IMG/VR virus record: IMGVR_UViG_3300045988_144346
Location: 7,829-71,828 of that record
DNA: 64,000 nt
Direction: 5' to 3' (one strand)
Origin: a virus
A program made the position numbers and the translations under genes. This document shows, in pieces, positions 36,374 through 44,441 of this stretch (position 1 is its first letter; every line of letters starts with the position of its first letter). The notes beneath the pieces are model-generated. The model saw nothing but the letters and a program-made list of their open reading frames with translations, did no database searches and was not told the DNA's origin.

Positions 36374-37071
36374 CTGGTAGCCTCCTGTTGAATATTATTT
36401 GACATATTAACTGCGTCCTCTGGTGTAAATCCGCGGTAGAAAACGCGATGGTAGAGCGTTGCATAAGGCATTCCAAAATACGAAGCCCAGTCAGCTACCG
36501 TTCGTTTTTCACCGTTGATTTCCAGAAAACGGTTAGTCCTCTTATTGTTTGCTTGGATCCTCGCATCCACAAAGCGGCAGTTGCTTGGTTCATAGTTCCC
36601 GTTTACATCAATACGATCAAGCGTACATGCCCCTGACGGTGCCGTGTCATCGTATCCGTTTTCATAGGCCCATTTGTAGAAAGCGGGAAAGCTATGATCC
36701 CATTCATCGCAAACCTTGATTCCGCGAGCGCCATAATGCTTATAGCCTGCGCTTTTCTTATCACGGCAACGGACGCGCATATCTCTCCAGACGGCCCACA
36801 GCCTGCAAGAGGATAGACCATGCGTTCGGCGGTTTTCTGGATGCTCTTTGTGCCATTTTTTCATTCGTTCCGACTGTATGTGGTGCGCTACGCATCCACA
36901 ACTGGAAACGCTTCCATGCCGGAGATTTCCGGGGTTTGCCTCGGTATAATTGCCGCAATCGCATTTGCAAACCCAATAATATTCTCCTTTGGCATTGACC
37001 CTTTCGGAACGCTTTATTGCAACGAGTTTTCCAAAGCGTTGACCGGTTATGTCGATTCTGTGATTTGGCAC
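36370..37071 (-). CDS. phage DNA-binding / homing-endonuclease-like protein (YGxRGI...IDRID family)
   Basis: ITGQRFGKLVAI..WVCKCDCGN..SCGC, YKHYGARGIKVCDEW, LDRIDVNGNYEPSNCRF. This family is often annotated HNH/AP2-like. Confidence 0.55.
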   Translation of the reverse strand: MPNHRIDITGQRFGKLVAIKRSERVNAKGEYYWVCKCDCGNYTEANPGNLRHGSVSSCGCVAHHIQSERMKKWHKEHPENRRTHGLSSCRLWAVWRDMRVRCRDKKSAGYKHYGARGIKVCDEWDHSFPAFYKWAYENGYDDTAPSGACTLDRIDVNGNYEPSNCRFVDARIQANNKRTNRFLEINGEKRTVADWASYFGMPYATLYHRVFYRGFTPEDAVNMSNNIQQEATR

Positions 37072-37083
37072 AAAAACGCCTCC

Positions 37084-37968
37084 TTAAATTTTTCGGTATT
37101 CGATATGGTTCTGTGTGAAAAACGACTTTAGCGCGTGCGCCTGTTCCATCGTCACATCGACGGCGAACTCCAAATGATAGAGCTTCGGCTTCGGCGGCTC
37201 CTCGTATCCGACGGGAACGACGGGAGGCGGCGCAAAAGCGGCAGGAGGCTCCACAGGCGCGTCTGGCTCATCCTGAGCGACTTTTGGCTCGTCGAAGTGT
37301 TCCTGCACTGCCGCCGCCTTGCGCGCTTCTTCGGCGGCTTTGCGGGCTTTCAGCGCGTTTTCCTTCTGGATGGCATCACGGACGTTATGCGTTGCGGCAT
37401 ATTCATCAAGAAGCGCCTCTTCCCATTCGCTGTTCAGAGACCGGATCGTATCCAGATCCTCGCGCACCTGCCGGAGAATGGTGACGATCTCTTCGGCTGC
37501 CGCCTTTTCGCTTGCGGACGCATTGCCCCATTTGGGGGATACGATGCTATCCCAAGTCACATAATCCGTGATGCCGACGGCGTTCTCGTCGAACACGGTT
37601 TTCAGCCGGGCGAGTTTTTCCTCGCGCTTGGCGTTTTCCATGTTCTTTATCTGAACATCCAGATTTGTGACGCTCTTCTGGCAAAGGTCGTAGAGCTCTT
37701 TGCTCTCGCCCTCAAAGGTCGTGAATGGCGCAAGCCACGCCTTCTTCACGCTGATCTTCTGCTGGTTTATGCTGTCCGCAACTTTGCGGATGTTTGCCCG
37801 GAGCGTTTTGGCTGAGGCGATGCTTTCCTCAGTGACGATCATGCTCTCGTAGGGCGCAAGCTCCTGCGTAAGCCACTCTTTGACCTCTGCGAAGTTGGTG
37901 CAGATATGCAGCTCGCTCGCAACAGTCAGCGCGTCGTTTGTGACGCCGTATTCGATCATGTCAGCCAT
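37084..37968 (-). CDS. DUF1351-type recombination-module protein
   Basis: 294 aa coiled-coil protein. N-terminal pattern and RecT/YqaJ context are typical of DUF1351. Confidence 0.55.
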   Translation of the reverse strand: MADMIEYGVTNDALTVASELHICTNFAEVKEWLTQELAPYESMIVTEESIASAKTLRANIRKVADSINQQKISVKKAWLAPFTTFEGESKELYDLCQKSVTNLDVQIKNMENAKREEKLARLKTVFDENAVGITDYVTWDSIVSPKWGNASASEKAAAEEIVTILRQVREDLDTIRSLNSEWEEALLDEYAATHNVRDAIQKENALKARKAAEEARKAAAVQEHFDEPKVAQDEPDAPVEPPAAFAPPPVVPVGYEEPPKPKLYHLEFAVDVTMEQAHALKSFFTQNHIEYRKI

Positions 37969-37980
37969 AGCGCGCCTCCG

Positions 37981-38241
37981 TCAAAACAGCGTGTCCATGT
38001 CCGCTTCTGCCATCGGATAAAGCTCCGTGACCTCTGTGAGACAATGGAGATATTCCGGATCGATCTCCACTGCGGGAACGTCCGTTCTCGTTACGAGAAG
38101 CGGCGAATTTCCGCGCGGTGTCGGAATTGCAACCACGGAGCCGACGCGCACGGGCAGGTCCGTGCGGTAGTAATACTCCTTGCCTCCGAAACCGTTCTTC
38201 TTTTTGAACTGGCCTGCGATGTTAATGGCAAATACCCCCAA
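37981..38241 (-). CDS. hypothetical protein (86 aa)
   Basis: Abuts the YqaJ stop; plausible composition. Confidence 0.5.
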   Translation of the reverse strand: MGVFAINIAGQFKKKNGFGGKEYYYRTDLPVRVGSVVAIPTPRGNSPLLVTRTDVPAVEIDPEYLHCLTEVTELYPMAEADMDTLF

Positions 38242-38877
38242 TCATATTTTCAGCACAGCCGGAGGCATCGTCCCCGCCTGTACCCGTTTCCAGAATGCTT
38301 CTTCTTTATCCAGAAGCCACGCCATATCGTCGGCGCAGCTTTCTGCCGTGAAATAATAGGTGCGCAGCGAGGAAGAGCCGTCCAGCCCTGTCAGAAGCGC
38401 GAAAAGGAACGCGAAAGAATATCCCGTGGCAAGGAACTGGTGGCAAATCTGCGTGTAATAGTGCGTTGGGATCCTGTCGCGCCATTCCGCCCAATCCTCT
38501 TTGGAACTGCACTGCGCAGTTTTGATTTCCAAAACGCCGTGTTCGCCGGTTTCGGTAATCAGCTCGCCGTCCAGCGTGGCCGTAAGCCACGGGCGTTCCT
38601 CCTGATACAGAATGTCGAACGGGTGATATTCCAGCTGGTATTCCGGGTGTTCCGCTAAAAAAAGCCCGCGCAAATGGGGCTCTGCGCGGACGCCAAAGGA
38701 AACTGCTGCGTTGCCGGATAAATCTTTAGCTTTTTTTCGGCCGGTTTTTATCTCCCAAAGGCCGAGCGGTGTCTGCCACTTGCTCAGGCCGCACACAGCG
38801 GCGGCGTCCGAAGCGCCAAGTCCAACGCGGCCGGCAAGCCAGGTCTCACGATCTTCAAAATGCAAATACTGAAGCAT
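38242..38877 (-). CDS. YqaJ-like viral recombinase exonuclease
   Basis: GASDAAAVCGLSKWQTPLGLW start motif and the ATLDG...LEIKT PD-(D/E)XK core. Confidence 0.75.
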   Translation of the reverse strand: MLQYLHFEDRETWLAGRVGLGASDAAAVCGLSKWQTPLGLWEIKTGRKKAKDLSGNAAVSFGVRAEPHLRGLFLAEHPEYQLEYHPFDILYQEERPWLTATLDGELITETGEHGVLEIKTAQCSSKEDWAEWRDRIPTHYYTQICHQFLATGYSFAFLFALLTGLDGSSSLRTYYFTAESCADDMAWLLDKEEAFWKRVQAGTMPPAVLKI

Positions 38878-38999
38878 GCTTCCTCCGATTATTCTGTTAC
38901 AGTCTCCTCCTTACGGGAGTTGCACCCGCATCTTCCGTTCCGTCTCGCCTTTTGCGTAACGCGACAAAGAACATCCCGCCCGCTCGAACGGCGTTTTAC

Positions 39000-39420
39000 T
39001 GTTAAACTATCGGAGGATATAAATACCCTACCGCCATTCCAGACCGGAGCGCCGAAGCGAGCTGCTTCTTACGGGCTGCAGCTTATAGCAAAAAGGGAGA
39101 AGGACCCGCACCAAAAGGACGTGAAACCATGCGGCTGGCTGTATAGCGGTTTTAACCTCAGCAGTTCAGGAGGTATACAAAAGAGCCGGCAGGTGAAAGT
39201 TGACACTCCCCATGCCTAAAGGCAGGGGATTCTCGGTTCGCTGACCGTAGCCTGCACCGTGCGAGGTCTTACATGGTCTCCCCGAGCGTATAGGTTTGGG
39301 CGCGTCCCGCCCTACCGTAGGTATTACTTACGTCAGCAGGCGCAATCCTTCGCTTAGAATGTTTCTTGCAGCGTTGATGTCCCGGTCGTGTTGGGCACCG
39401 CATACGGGGCAAGTCCAACT
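39000..39420 (-). ncRNA. putative TnpB omega-RNA (reRNA) region
   Basis: Established TnpB biology places the guide-RNA scaffold across the tnpB 3' end and the right end of the IS. This stretch has many GC hairpins (e.g. CCCCTGCC-TTT-AGGCATGGGG) and no credible ORF. Confidence 0.35.
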
Positions 39421-40446
39421 GCGGACAGATAGGTTTTTTGTTCCGCTCCATTGAGTGCCGCATTCAGAGCAAAGCTGGCTGGATGGATAGAATCTGTCAA
39501 TCACCACAATCTTTTTCCCGTACCATTCTGCCTTATATTCCAGTTGTCTGCGGAACTCACCCCATGAAGCATCGCTGATAGATTTTGCCAGTTTGTGATT
39601 CTTCACCATGTTTCTCGGCGTTAGATCCTCAATGCAGATCACATCATTCTGCCGTACAAATTCCGTCGATAGCTTTTGAAGCGCGTCCTGCCGCTGATTG
39701 AAAATATGCTCATGCATCCGGGCGACTTTGATTCTTGCCTTTTCGTTCCGGTTGCTCCCCTTTGTTTTTCGGGAGAGCTGCCGTTGTAATTTGGCAAGTT
39801 TCTTTTCGCTCTTTGTAAGGAATTTGGGATTGGGGTACTCTTCGCCATCTGAGGTAACAGCAAAGGATTTCAGCCCCATGTCGATGCCGACCGCCGCCCC
39901 GGTAGAGGGCAGTGGCTCCATCTCCACATCGGTGCAACACAGGGCGACGAAGTATTTGCCACTTGGGGTCTGGCTAACGGTTGCGGACAGAATCCGTCCC
40001 TCTACAGGCTTGCTGATCCGGCATTTTACCCTACCCAGCTTGGGGAGCTGTACAGCACCGTCTAACACTTTGATGTTGCTTCCAACGCACTTGCTCTTAT
40101 AGCTTTGCCGGTGGTTTCGCTTGCTTTTGAATTTTGGGTATCCGGACTTCTCACCCTTTTTGACCCGCCGAAAGAAGTTCTGATAGGCTGTATCCAAATC
40201 CTGTAGAGAGGATTGCAGAGCAGTTGCGTCAACTTCCCGCAGCCAGATGGTTTCTTCCTGTTTCTTCAGAGATGTCAGGCCTTTGTCTTGCGTGAATCGT
40301 GTGGGAGCTCTTCCTGTTTCTCTGTACTGCTCCATTCGTTCAGCAAGAAAATGGTTGTATACGAAACGAACACAGCCGAACGTACATTGTATTAAAGTTT
40401 CCTGTTCCGCGTTCGGATATATCCGAAATTTATATGCACGTTCCAT
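39328..40446 (-). CDS. tnpB: RNA-guided endonuclease TnpB (OrfB_IS605 + Zn ribbon)
   Basis: [12 protein letters not shown] start, RuvC motifs GIDMGL / CIEDL / [11 protein letters not shown], zinc ribbon CSECG...CPVCG. Confidence 0.9.
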   Translation of the reverse strand: MERAYKFRIYPNAEQETLIQCTFGCVRFVYNHFLAERMEQYRETGRAPTRFTQDKGLTSLKKQEETIWLREVDATALQSSLQDLDTAYQNFFRRVKKGEKSGYPKFKSKRNHRQSYKSKCVGSNIKVLDGAVQLPKLGRVKCRISKPVEGRILSATVSQTPSGKYFVALCCTDVEMEPLPSTGAAVGIDMGLKSFAVTSDGEEYPNPKFLTKSEKKLAKLQRQLSRKTKGSNRNEKARIKVARMHEHIFNQRQDALQKLSTEFVRQNDVICIEDLTPRNMVKNHKLAKSISDASWGEFRRQLEYKAEWYGKKIVVIDRFYPSSQLCSECGTQWSGTKNLSVRSWTCPVCGAQHDRDINAARNILSEGLRLLT

Positions 40447-40488
40447 AGTGAACCCCACTGAATCTGCGTTTTAATTGTTCTTGGGCCG

Positions 40489-40749
40489 TCATATGTATTC
40501 CGTCTTTCTCGGCCGTCCCGGCTTCGCTTTTCCGGCGGTAGCGAGGCAGTTGCAGCATTCGGTGCTCGCATAGGGGCAGTGGTGAAGGCAGAAGTCGATA
40601 TAATCCGGCTTGTCTTCGTCTGCATATTGGATGGCGAAGCCACCGTTCGGGGCATGTCTGCGAAGCACTGGGACATGAACATACGTTGCTTTCAGAATAG
40701 CGAGAGCCGCCGCTTTTGCCGTCAATTCCGCCAATTCGTAAGTGTTCAT
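40489..40749 (-). CDS. Cys-rich early protein with basic GRPRK tail (86 aa)
   Basis: CLHHCPYASTECCNC. Its stop lies directly at the IS left flank. Confidence 0.5.
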   Translation of the reverse strand: MNTYELAELTAKAAALAILKATYVHVPVLRRHAPNGGFAIQYADEDKPDYIDFCLHHCPYASTECCNCLATAGKAKPGRPRKTEYI

Positions 40750-40750
40750 C

Positions 40751-40999
40751 TTATCCGCCTATCCGCTGGGCTTCCGCCAGATGCTTAGCCACGTCTTCGA
40801 CGCTGAACTTCCGGCCGCCGCATATCTGATAAAAGGTCACGTCGGCAAGCCACTTTTTGGCAGTGCCATAGCTGACGCCGAGCTCCGCCTGGATCTGTGG
40901 GATCGACAGGTATCTCGTTTTGTAACGTTTCGCAAGATCGTTCGCCAAAACCACCTCCTGCGGTGAGTTGGCATAAACGGTGCGTTTCAGTCGCGGCAT
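40751..40999 (-). CDS. small HTH DNA-binding early protein (82 aa)
   Basis: GGGAGGTG RBS. LSIPQIQAELGVSYGTAKKWL is HTH-like. The track ORF is over-extended. Confidence 0.55.
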   Translation of the reverse strand: MPRLKRTVYANSPQEVVLANDLAKRYKTRYLSIPQIQAELGVSYGTAKKWLADVTFYQICGGRKFSVEDVAKHLAEAQRIGG

Positions 41000-41022
41000 A
41001 AAAGCACCTCCCAGCGTGCGGC

Positions 41023-41340
41023 TCAGGCGTTTTCCAGAAGCTGGCGGACCTGCTTTTTCGTATCGTCGCTCGCTTTCGGAAGCAGCCGAAGAATGCATTG
41101 AAGATCGTTTTCTTTCTTAACGGCGGCTCGTCGGCTCTCTTCAACGCTGTAATACAGATCCTCCACGGAGCAGCCGTACAGCAGTGCCATAGCAGCAGCC
41201 CGCTCCGGGCGCGGGCCGTAAAGCCCTTTTTCGTAAGCTGTCAACGCAGACGGCGGAAAACCGCAAATGCGAGAGGCGTTCGATATGCTGATGCCGATTT
41301 TTTCCCGGCGTTCTCTCAGATCCATCATGGAATCCTCCAT
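41023..41340 (-). CDS. Cro-like XRE-family HTH regulator
   Basis: LRERREKIGISISNASRICGFPPSALTAYEKG. First gene of the minus-strand lytic operon, facing the CI-like gene. Confidence 0.75.
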   Translation of the reverse strand: MEDSMMDLRERREKIGISISNASRICGFPPSALTAYEKGLYGPRPERAAAMALLYGCSVEDLYYSVEESRRAAVKKENDLQCILRLLPKASDDTKKQVRQLLENA

Positions 41341-41358
41341 ACATAATTAAGATTTTCC

Positions 41359-41387
41359 TTGACAAAAAAATCCCTGTGAGATACGAT
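41359..41387 (+). promoter_or_regulatory. sigma-A-type promoter reading toward the CI-like gene
   Basis: TTGACA (41359-41364), 17 nt, TACGAT (41382-41387). Confidence 0.5.
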
Positions 41388-41442
41388 GCAAATAGAAAAT
41401 CTTCTTTGTTCTCAAGGGTTTTTATCTTTTGTGTACAAGCAG

Positions 41443-41471
41443 ATTATATCTTACAAAAAATAGATAGTCAA
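41443..41471 (-). promoter_or_regulatory. sigma-A-type promoter reading toward the cro-like gene
   Basis: Minus strand TTGACT, 17 nt, TATAAT (perfect -10). Confidence 0.55.
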
Positions 41472-41476
41472 TATTA

Positions 41477-41496
41477 AATCTATGTTTTAATAGATT
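41477..41496. promoter_or_regulatory. inverted repeat, candidate operator
   Basis: AATCTAT-GTTTTA-ATAGATT. A further ATAGAT half-site lies near 41457. Confidence 0.45.
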
Positions 41497-41518
41497 TCAG
41501 CGTATTGACCGAAAGGAG

Positions 41519-41878
41519 ATGAATGAATTGTTCGATTTCAACAGATTCGAGGCTTTGCGCGAGGAAAAAGGAATTACCAAAGCCTTTATTGCCCAAAAAC
41601 TTAACCGCGCTCCCGTTATTTGCCACGATTGGAAACTCGGAAAATCGACTCCCAGCGAGCAGCAGATCAAGGTCGTAGCGAAAATTCTTGGCACTTCACC
41701 GGAATACCTGAAGGGGGAAACCGATAAAAAAACCCCCGCCGAAGCCGGCGAGGGAAGTAAGTATGATCGTATTATTATGGAGATACTGGAAAATATCACG
41801 GATGAGACGAAAGCGGCTCTGATCCCGCTGCTTCAGCAGATGCAGCGCCAAGAGGAGGCAAAGAACGGTTCTCGTTGA
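41519..41878 (+). CDS. CI-like XRE-family HTH repressor
   Basis: LREEKGITKAFIAQKLNRAPVICHDWKLGKSTPSEQQIKVVAKILG. AAGGAG RBS. Divergent from the cro-like gene. Confidence 0.75.
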   Translation: MNELFDFNRFEALREEKGITKAFIAQKLNRAPVICHDWKLGKSTPSEQQIKVVAKILGTSPEYLKGETDKKTPAEAGEGSKYDRIIMEILENITDETKAALIPLLQQMQRQEEAKNGSR

Positions 41879-42038
41879 AGCGCATCAGCGCCTGATATTT
41901 CGGATCTTTCGCAGCGGCCTTTTTAAGGGCGGAAATGAAGATCCCTTTCTGTTCTTCGTCAAGCTGATGGAAAAGGCGCAGGATAACCTGATCGTAGTCC
42001 AAGGGGAAGCCTCCTTTATGTCTTGATAATATCATCAT
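41796..42038 (-). CDS. possible small convergent ORF overlapping the CI 3' end
   Basis: AAGGAGG RBS precedes an internal TTG. Helical sequence DYDQVILRLFHQLDEEQKGIFISALKK. Overlaps CI by 83 nt. Confidence 0.35.
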   Translation of the reverse strand: MMILSRHKGGFPLDYDQVILRLFHQLDEEQKGIFISALKKAAAKDPKYQALMRFNENRSLPPLGAASAEAAGSEPLSSHP

Positions 42039-42321
42039 ACAGTATCCGGAGTCCGATATTCCGTACTTAGTATCTTATCAGGCGAATTTTGCCGTGGCAA
42101 TAGTTTTTTTGAAAAGGTTCCGCCGCCGCGTCACCGGCCGCGGCGCCAGCAGAGACAACGTAAAAAGCCCTGTTGTCTGCTGCGTATTAAGCGTAGCAGA
42201 TACTCGTGCGATTTGTCCAACCCCAAAACACAGCTTTTCCGTCCCAATGTGAAGAAGCTGTTCGGTTAATTCCCAAAAACGGGTTCAAATCGCAGAAATA
42301 ATGCTACGAGGTAGAGGATTC

Positions 42322-42918
42322 ATGGAAGAATTAGAAAATCTCGTTTGCCAGACACAGGAGCAGTTGGAAGTTGCCCAAAAGATTATGGCAGACGAAAAAG
42401 ACAGGCGAAGTTTATCCTACCAGAAAATTGTCGATCAGACGGGTATTCCGAAATCCACCGCCGAGCGATTCCTCGGATTGAAAAGCAGCAACTCCAGCAC
42501 AGTTCATTTTATCGTCCTATGTAAGTTGTTCGGTATGTCTGCCGACAGTTTTTTCGACATTGCCAAAGAGTCTCCGACCAGCCAGGAAACCGACCGGGCC
42601 GCTCACAAGATCGAGTTGTTGCAGCTAAAGAACAAATATCTGGAAAAGAACAATGCGTTTCTCCGTAAGGCGGTTGAAAAGAAAAACCTTTATATTGCCG
42701 TTATATCCATCCTTTCTCTGATACTGCTTATCCGAAATACCGTAATGGACATGAACAACCATCATATTGGCTTCTTCCGCGGCGAGTGGACACCGATGTC
42801 CACAGCAGGCGTTCTGCTGATCGTGATAGCCGCCGTAATATGCATTGTCGCCATCATAGCCAATCTCGGCAGCCGCGCACACTGGAAAAAGGAAGAAAGC
42901 AAAGGCCAAGACCTCTGA
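42322..42918 (+). CDS. membrane-anchored HTH protein (HTH + coiled coil + 2 TM)
   Basis: SYQKIVDQTGIPKSTAERFL HTH. TM segments LYIAVISILSLILLI and AGVLLIVIAAVICIVAIIANL. Lies between the repressor and the integrase. Confidence 0.6.
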   Translation: MEELENLVCQTQEQLEVAQKIMADEKDRRSLSYQKIVDQTGIPKSTAERFLGLKSSNSSTVHFIVLCKLFGMSADSFFDIAKESPTSQETDRAAHKIELLQLKNKYLEKNNAFLRKAVEKKNLYIAVISILSLILLIRNTVMDMNNHHIGFFRGEWTPMSTAGVLLIVIAAVICIVAIIANLGSRAHWKKEESKGQDL

Positions 42919-42930
42919 AAGGAACCCGCC

Positions 42931-44145
42931 ATGCCTAAAAGCGGATCAAAAGAATATAAATATATCCGAAAATCGTTTGTTGCCGACGGGAAGCAATACA
43001 TAGTATGCGGAAAGACAGAAGCCGAGGCGATGGAAAAACTCGCCGCAAAGAAAGAAGCCGTCCGGCGCGCGGAATTAACAAAAGGTGTAAACTGCACAAT
43101 CGAGGATTGGGCCGATACATGGCTGACCACCTACATTAAACCAAAGGTCCGCAAACCTGGACAGCCGAAGAAAAAAGGCACCATGACGCAAAAAAGCTAT
43201 GAAATGTATGAGGACAAGATCAACGGATATATTATCCCGGCGCTTCGAGGTAAAAAGCTGCGCAGCGTCACCGACACGATGCTGCAAGGCGTGCTGAATC
43301 AGCAGGCGGAAATGTCTGAGTCCCACGCGAAAAAAGTACGAATGATCCTGCGTGCCATGTTCTCGCAGGCTGCCTTTTCTCGCATAATCCCCTTTGACCC
43401 GACCATCAAGCTTACCATTCCCGCGTCTGCTACTGCCGAAAAGCGCCGCTCGCTTACCGCCGAGGAGCGCGCCGTTCTTATGCAAGTGGCGAAGACGCAC
43501 CGGTGTAGCCTATGGATTCGTTTTCTCATGCGCACGGGCCTGCGCCCCGGCGAGTGCGCCGCACTTCGTGTGCGCCATCTGGACATGGAAACGCGGCTTA
43601 TTCACGTTTGCGAAGCCGTCGAGTCCGGAACCACTGTAATTGCGACGCCGAAAACGTCTGCCGGAGACCGGTATGTTCCTATCCCTTCGGACATTTATGC
43701 CGATCTGAAACGCCACATTAGCGGGAAAGACAAGGACGACTTTGTTTTCACGCAGGAAGACGGTAAATCCATGATGACGCAGACGGTGATGACAAACAAC
43801 TGGCGCAGTTTTTCCCGGCAGATGGACATCGCCATGGGCGCCGAAATGACAGCGCACGGCCATATCTACGACCCGAAAGACCTTGATAAGGACGGGAAAC
43901 CGTTGTATCCAGACAACGCCGGGAACCCGAAGAATGGTCACAAAATTGCTCCCGATCTTGTTCTGTATTGTCTGCGGCATACCTACGGTACAGATCTGCA
44001 GCGCGCCGGGGTGCCAATCAATATAGCAAAGGCGATCATGGGTCACAGCGATATTTCTGTGACAGCAAACGTATATACTGACGCAACTGTCGAAGATGCC
44101 ATGTCCGCGCGCGACTTAATGGACTCAGCAATAAAAACTACATGA
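42931..44145 (+). CDS. int: tyrosine integrase (phage integrase family, 404 aa)
   Basis: N-terminal SAM-like domain. RTGLRPGE, CLRHTYGTDLQRAGVPINIAKAIMGHSDISVTANVYTD (R..H..R..H..Y). Confidence 0.9.
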   Translation: MPKSGSKEYKYIRKSFVADGKQYIVCGKTEAEAMEKLAAKKEAVRRAELTKGVNCTIEDWADTWLTTYIKPKVRKPGQPKKKGTMTQKSYEMYEDKINGYIIPALRGKKLRSVTDTMLQGVLNQQAEMSESHAKKVRMILRAMFSQAAFSRIIPFDPTIKLTIPASATAEKRRSLTAEERAVLMQVAKTHRCSLWIRFLMRTGLRPGECAALRVRHLDMETRLIHVCEAVESGTTVIATPKTSAGDRYVPIPSDIYADLKRHISGKDKDDFVFTQEDGKSMMTQTVMTNNWRSFSRQMDIAMGAEMTAHGHIYDPKDLDKDGKPLYPDNAGNPKNGHKIAPDLVLYCLRHTYGTDLQRAGVPINIAKAIMGHSDISVTANVYTDATVEDAMSARDLMDSAIKTT

Positions 44146-44226
44146 AAAAAATAATTGACAACCGGCAAAAGCACTGATTTTCAATAGTTTTTATCGGATT
44201 TGTCATCGTACTCTGACTCCGTATGT

Positions 44227-44254
44227 GAGGGTTCGAATCCTTCTCCCGCTGCCA
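44227..44254 (+). other. tRNA 3'-end fragment (T-arm + acceptor 3' strand + CCA) = att core
   Basis: GAGGG-TTCGAAT-CCTTC TCCCGCT G CCA. The complementary 5' acceptor strand AGCGGGA is absent upstream, so this is not a whole tRNA. Confidence 0.7.
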
Positions 44255-44260
44255 GCGAGC

Positions 44261-44306
44261 AAAAGCTCAAAATCCTTTATTTTCAAGGGGTTTTGAGCTT
44301 TTTTCT
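44261..44306 (+). terminator. rho-independent terminator after the tRNA fragment/integrase
   Basis: AAAAGCTCAAAA...TTTTGAGCTTTTTTC. Confidence 0.7.
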
Positions 44307-44340
44307 TTGTCTCGCCGCCCCCTTTTTCGATAGCCGCCGA

Positions 44341-44393
44341 TTTCAAATCTTTCAAATATTTCAAATCTTACATTAAAAATCACATTAAAAATT
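44341..44393. repeat. tandem short repeats, candidate integrase arm-type sites
   Basis: TTTCAAATC TTTCAAATA TTTCAAATC (44341-44367), then ACATTAAAAATC ACATTAAAAATT (44370-44393). Confidence 0.6.
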
Positions 44394-44410
44394 TTTGCGT
44401 GATCGTAGAA

Positions 44411-44441
44411 AGAAGAGGGCGAAAATCGCCCCCTTTATTTT
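44411..44441. terminator. short bidirectional hairpin terminator after the sigma-factor gene
   Basis: GAGGGCG-AAAAT-CGCCCCC flanked by TTTATTTT (plus strand) and TTCTTTCT (minus strand). Confidence 0.5.

Larger units (their letters stand above)
38950..40488 (-). mobile_element. tnpB-only IS200/IS605-family (IS1341-like) element; ends approximate
   Basis: tnpB plus about 450 nt of structured non-coding 3' flank, inserted between two phage early genes. By eye the GC content is lower than the surroundings. The left end must lie within 40447-40488. Confidence 0.6.

Noticed and set aside
44165-44254. A possible complete tRNA or tmRNA gene ending in GCCA at 44254.
   Set aside because: Only the T-arm and the 3' acceptor strand are present. 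The complementary 5' acceptor sequence AGCGGGA and the D/anticodon arms are not found in the preceding 90 nt. It is treated as an att core fragment.
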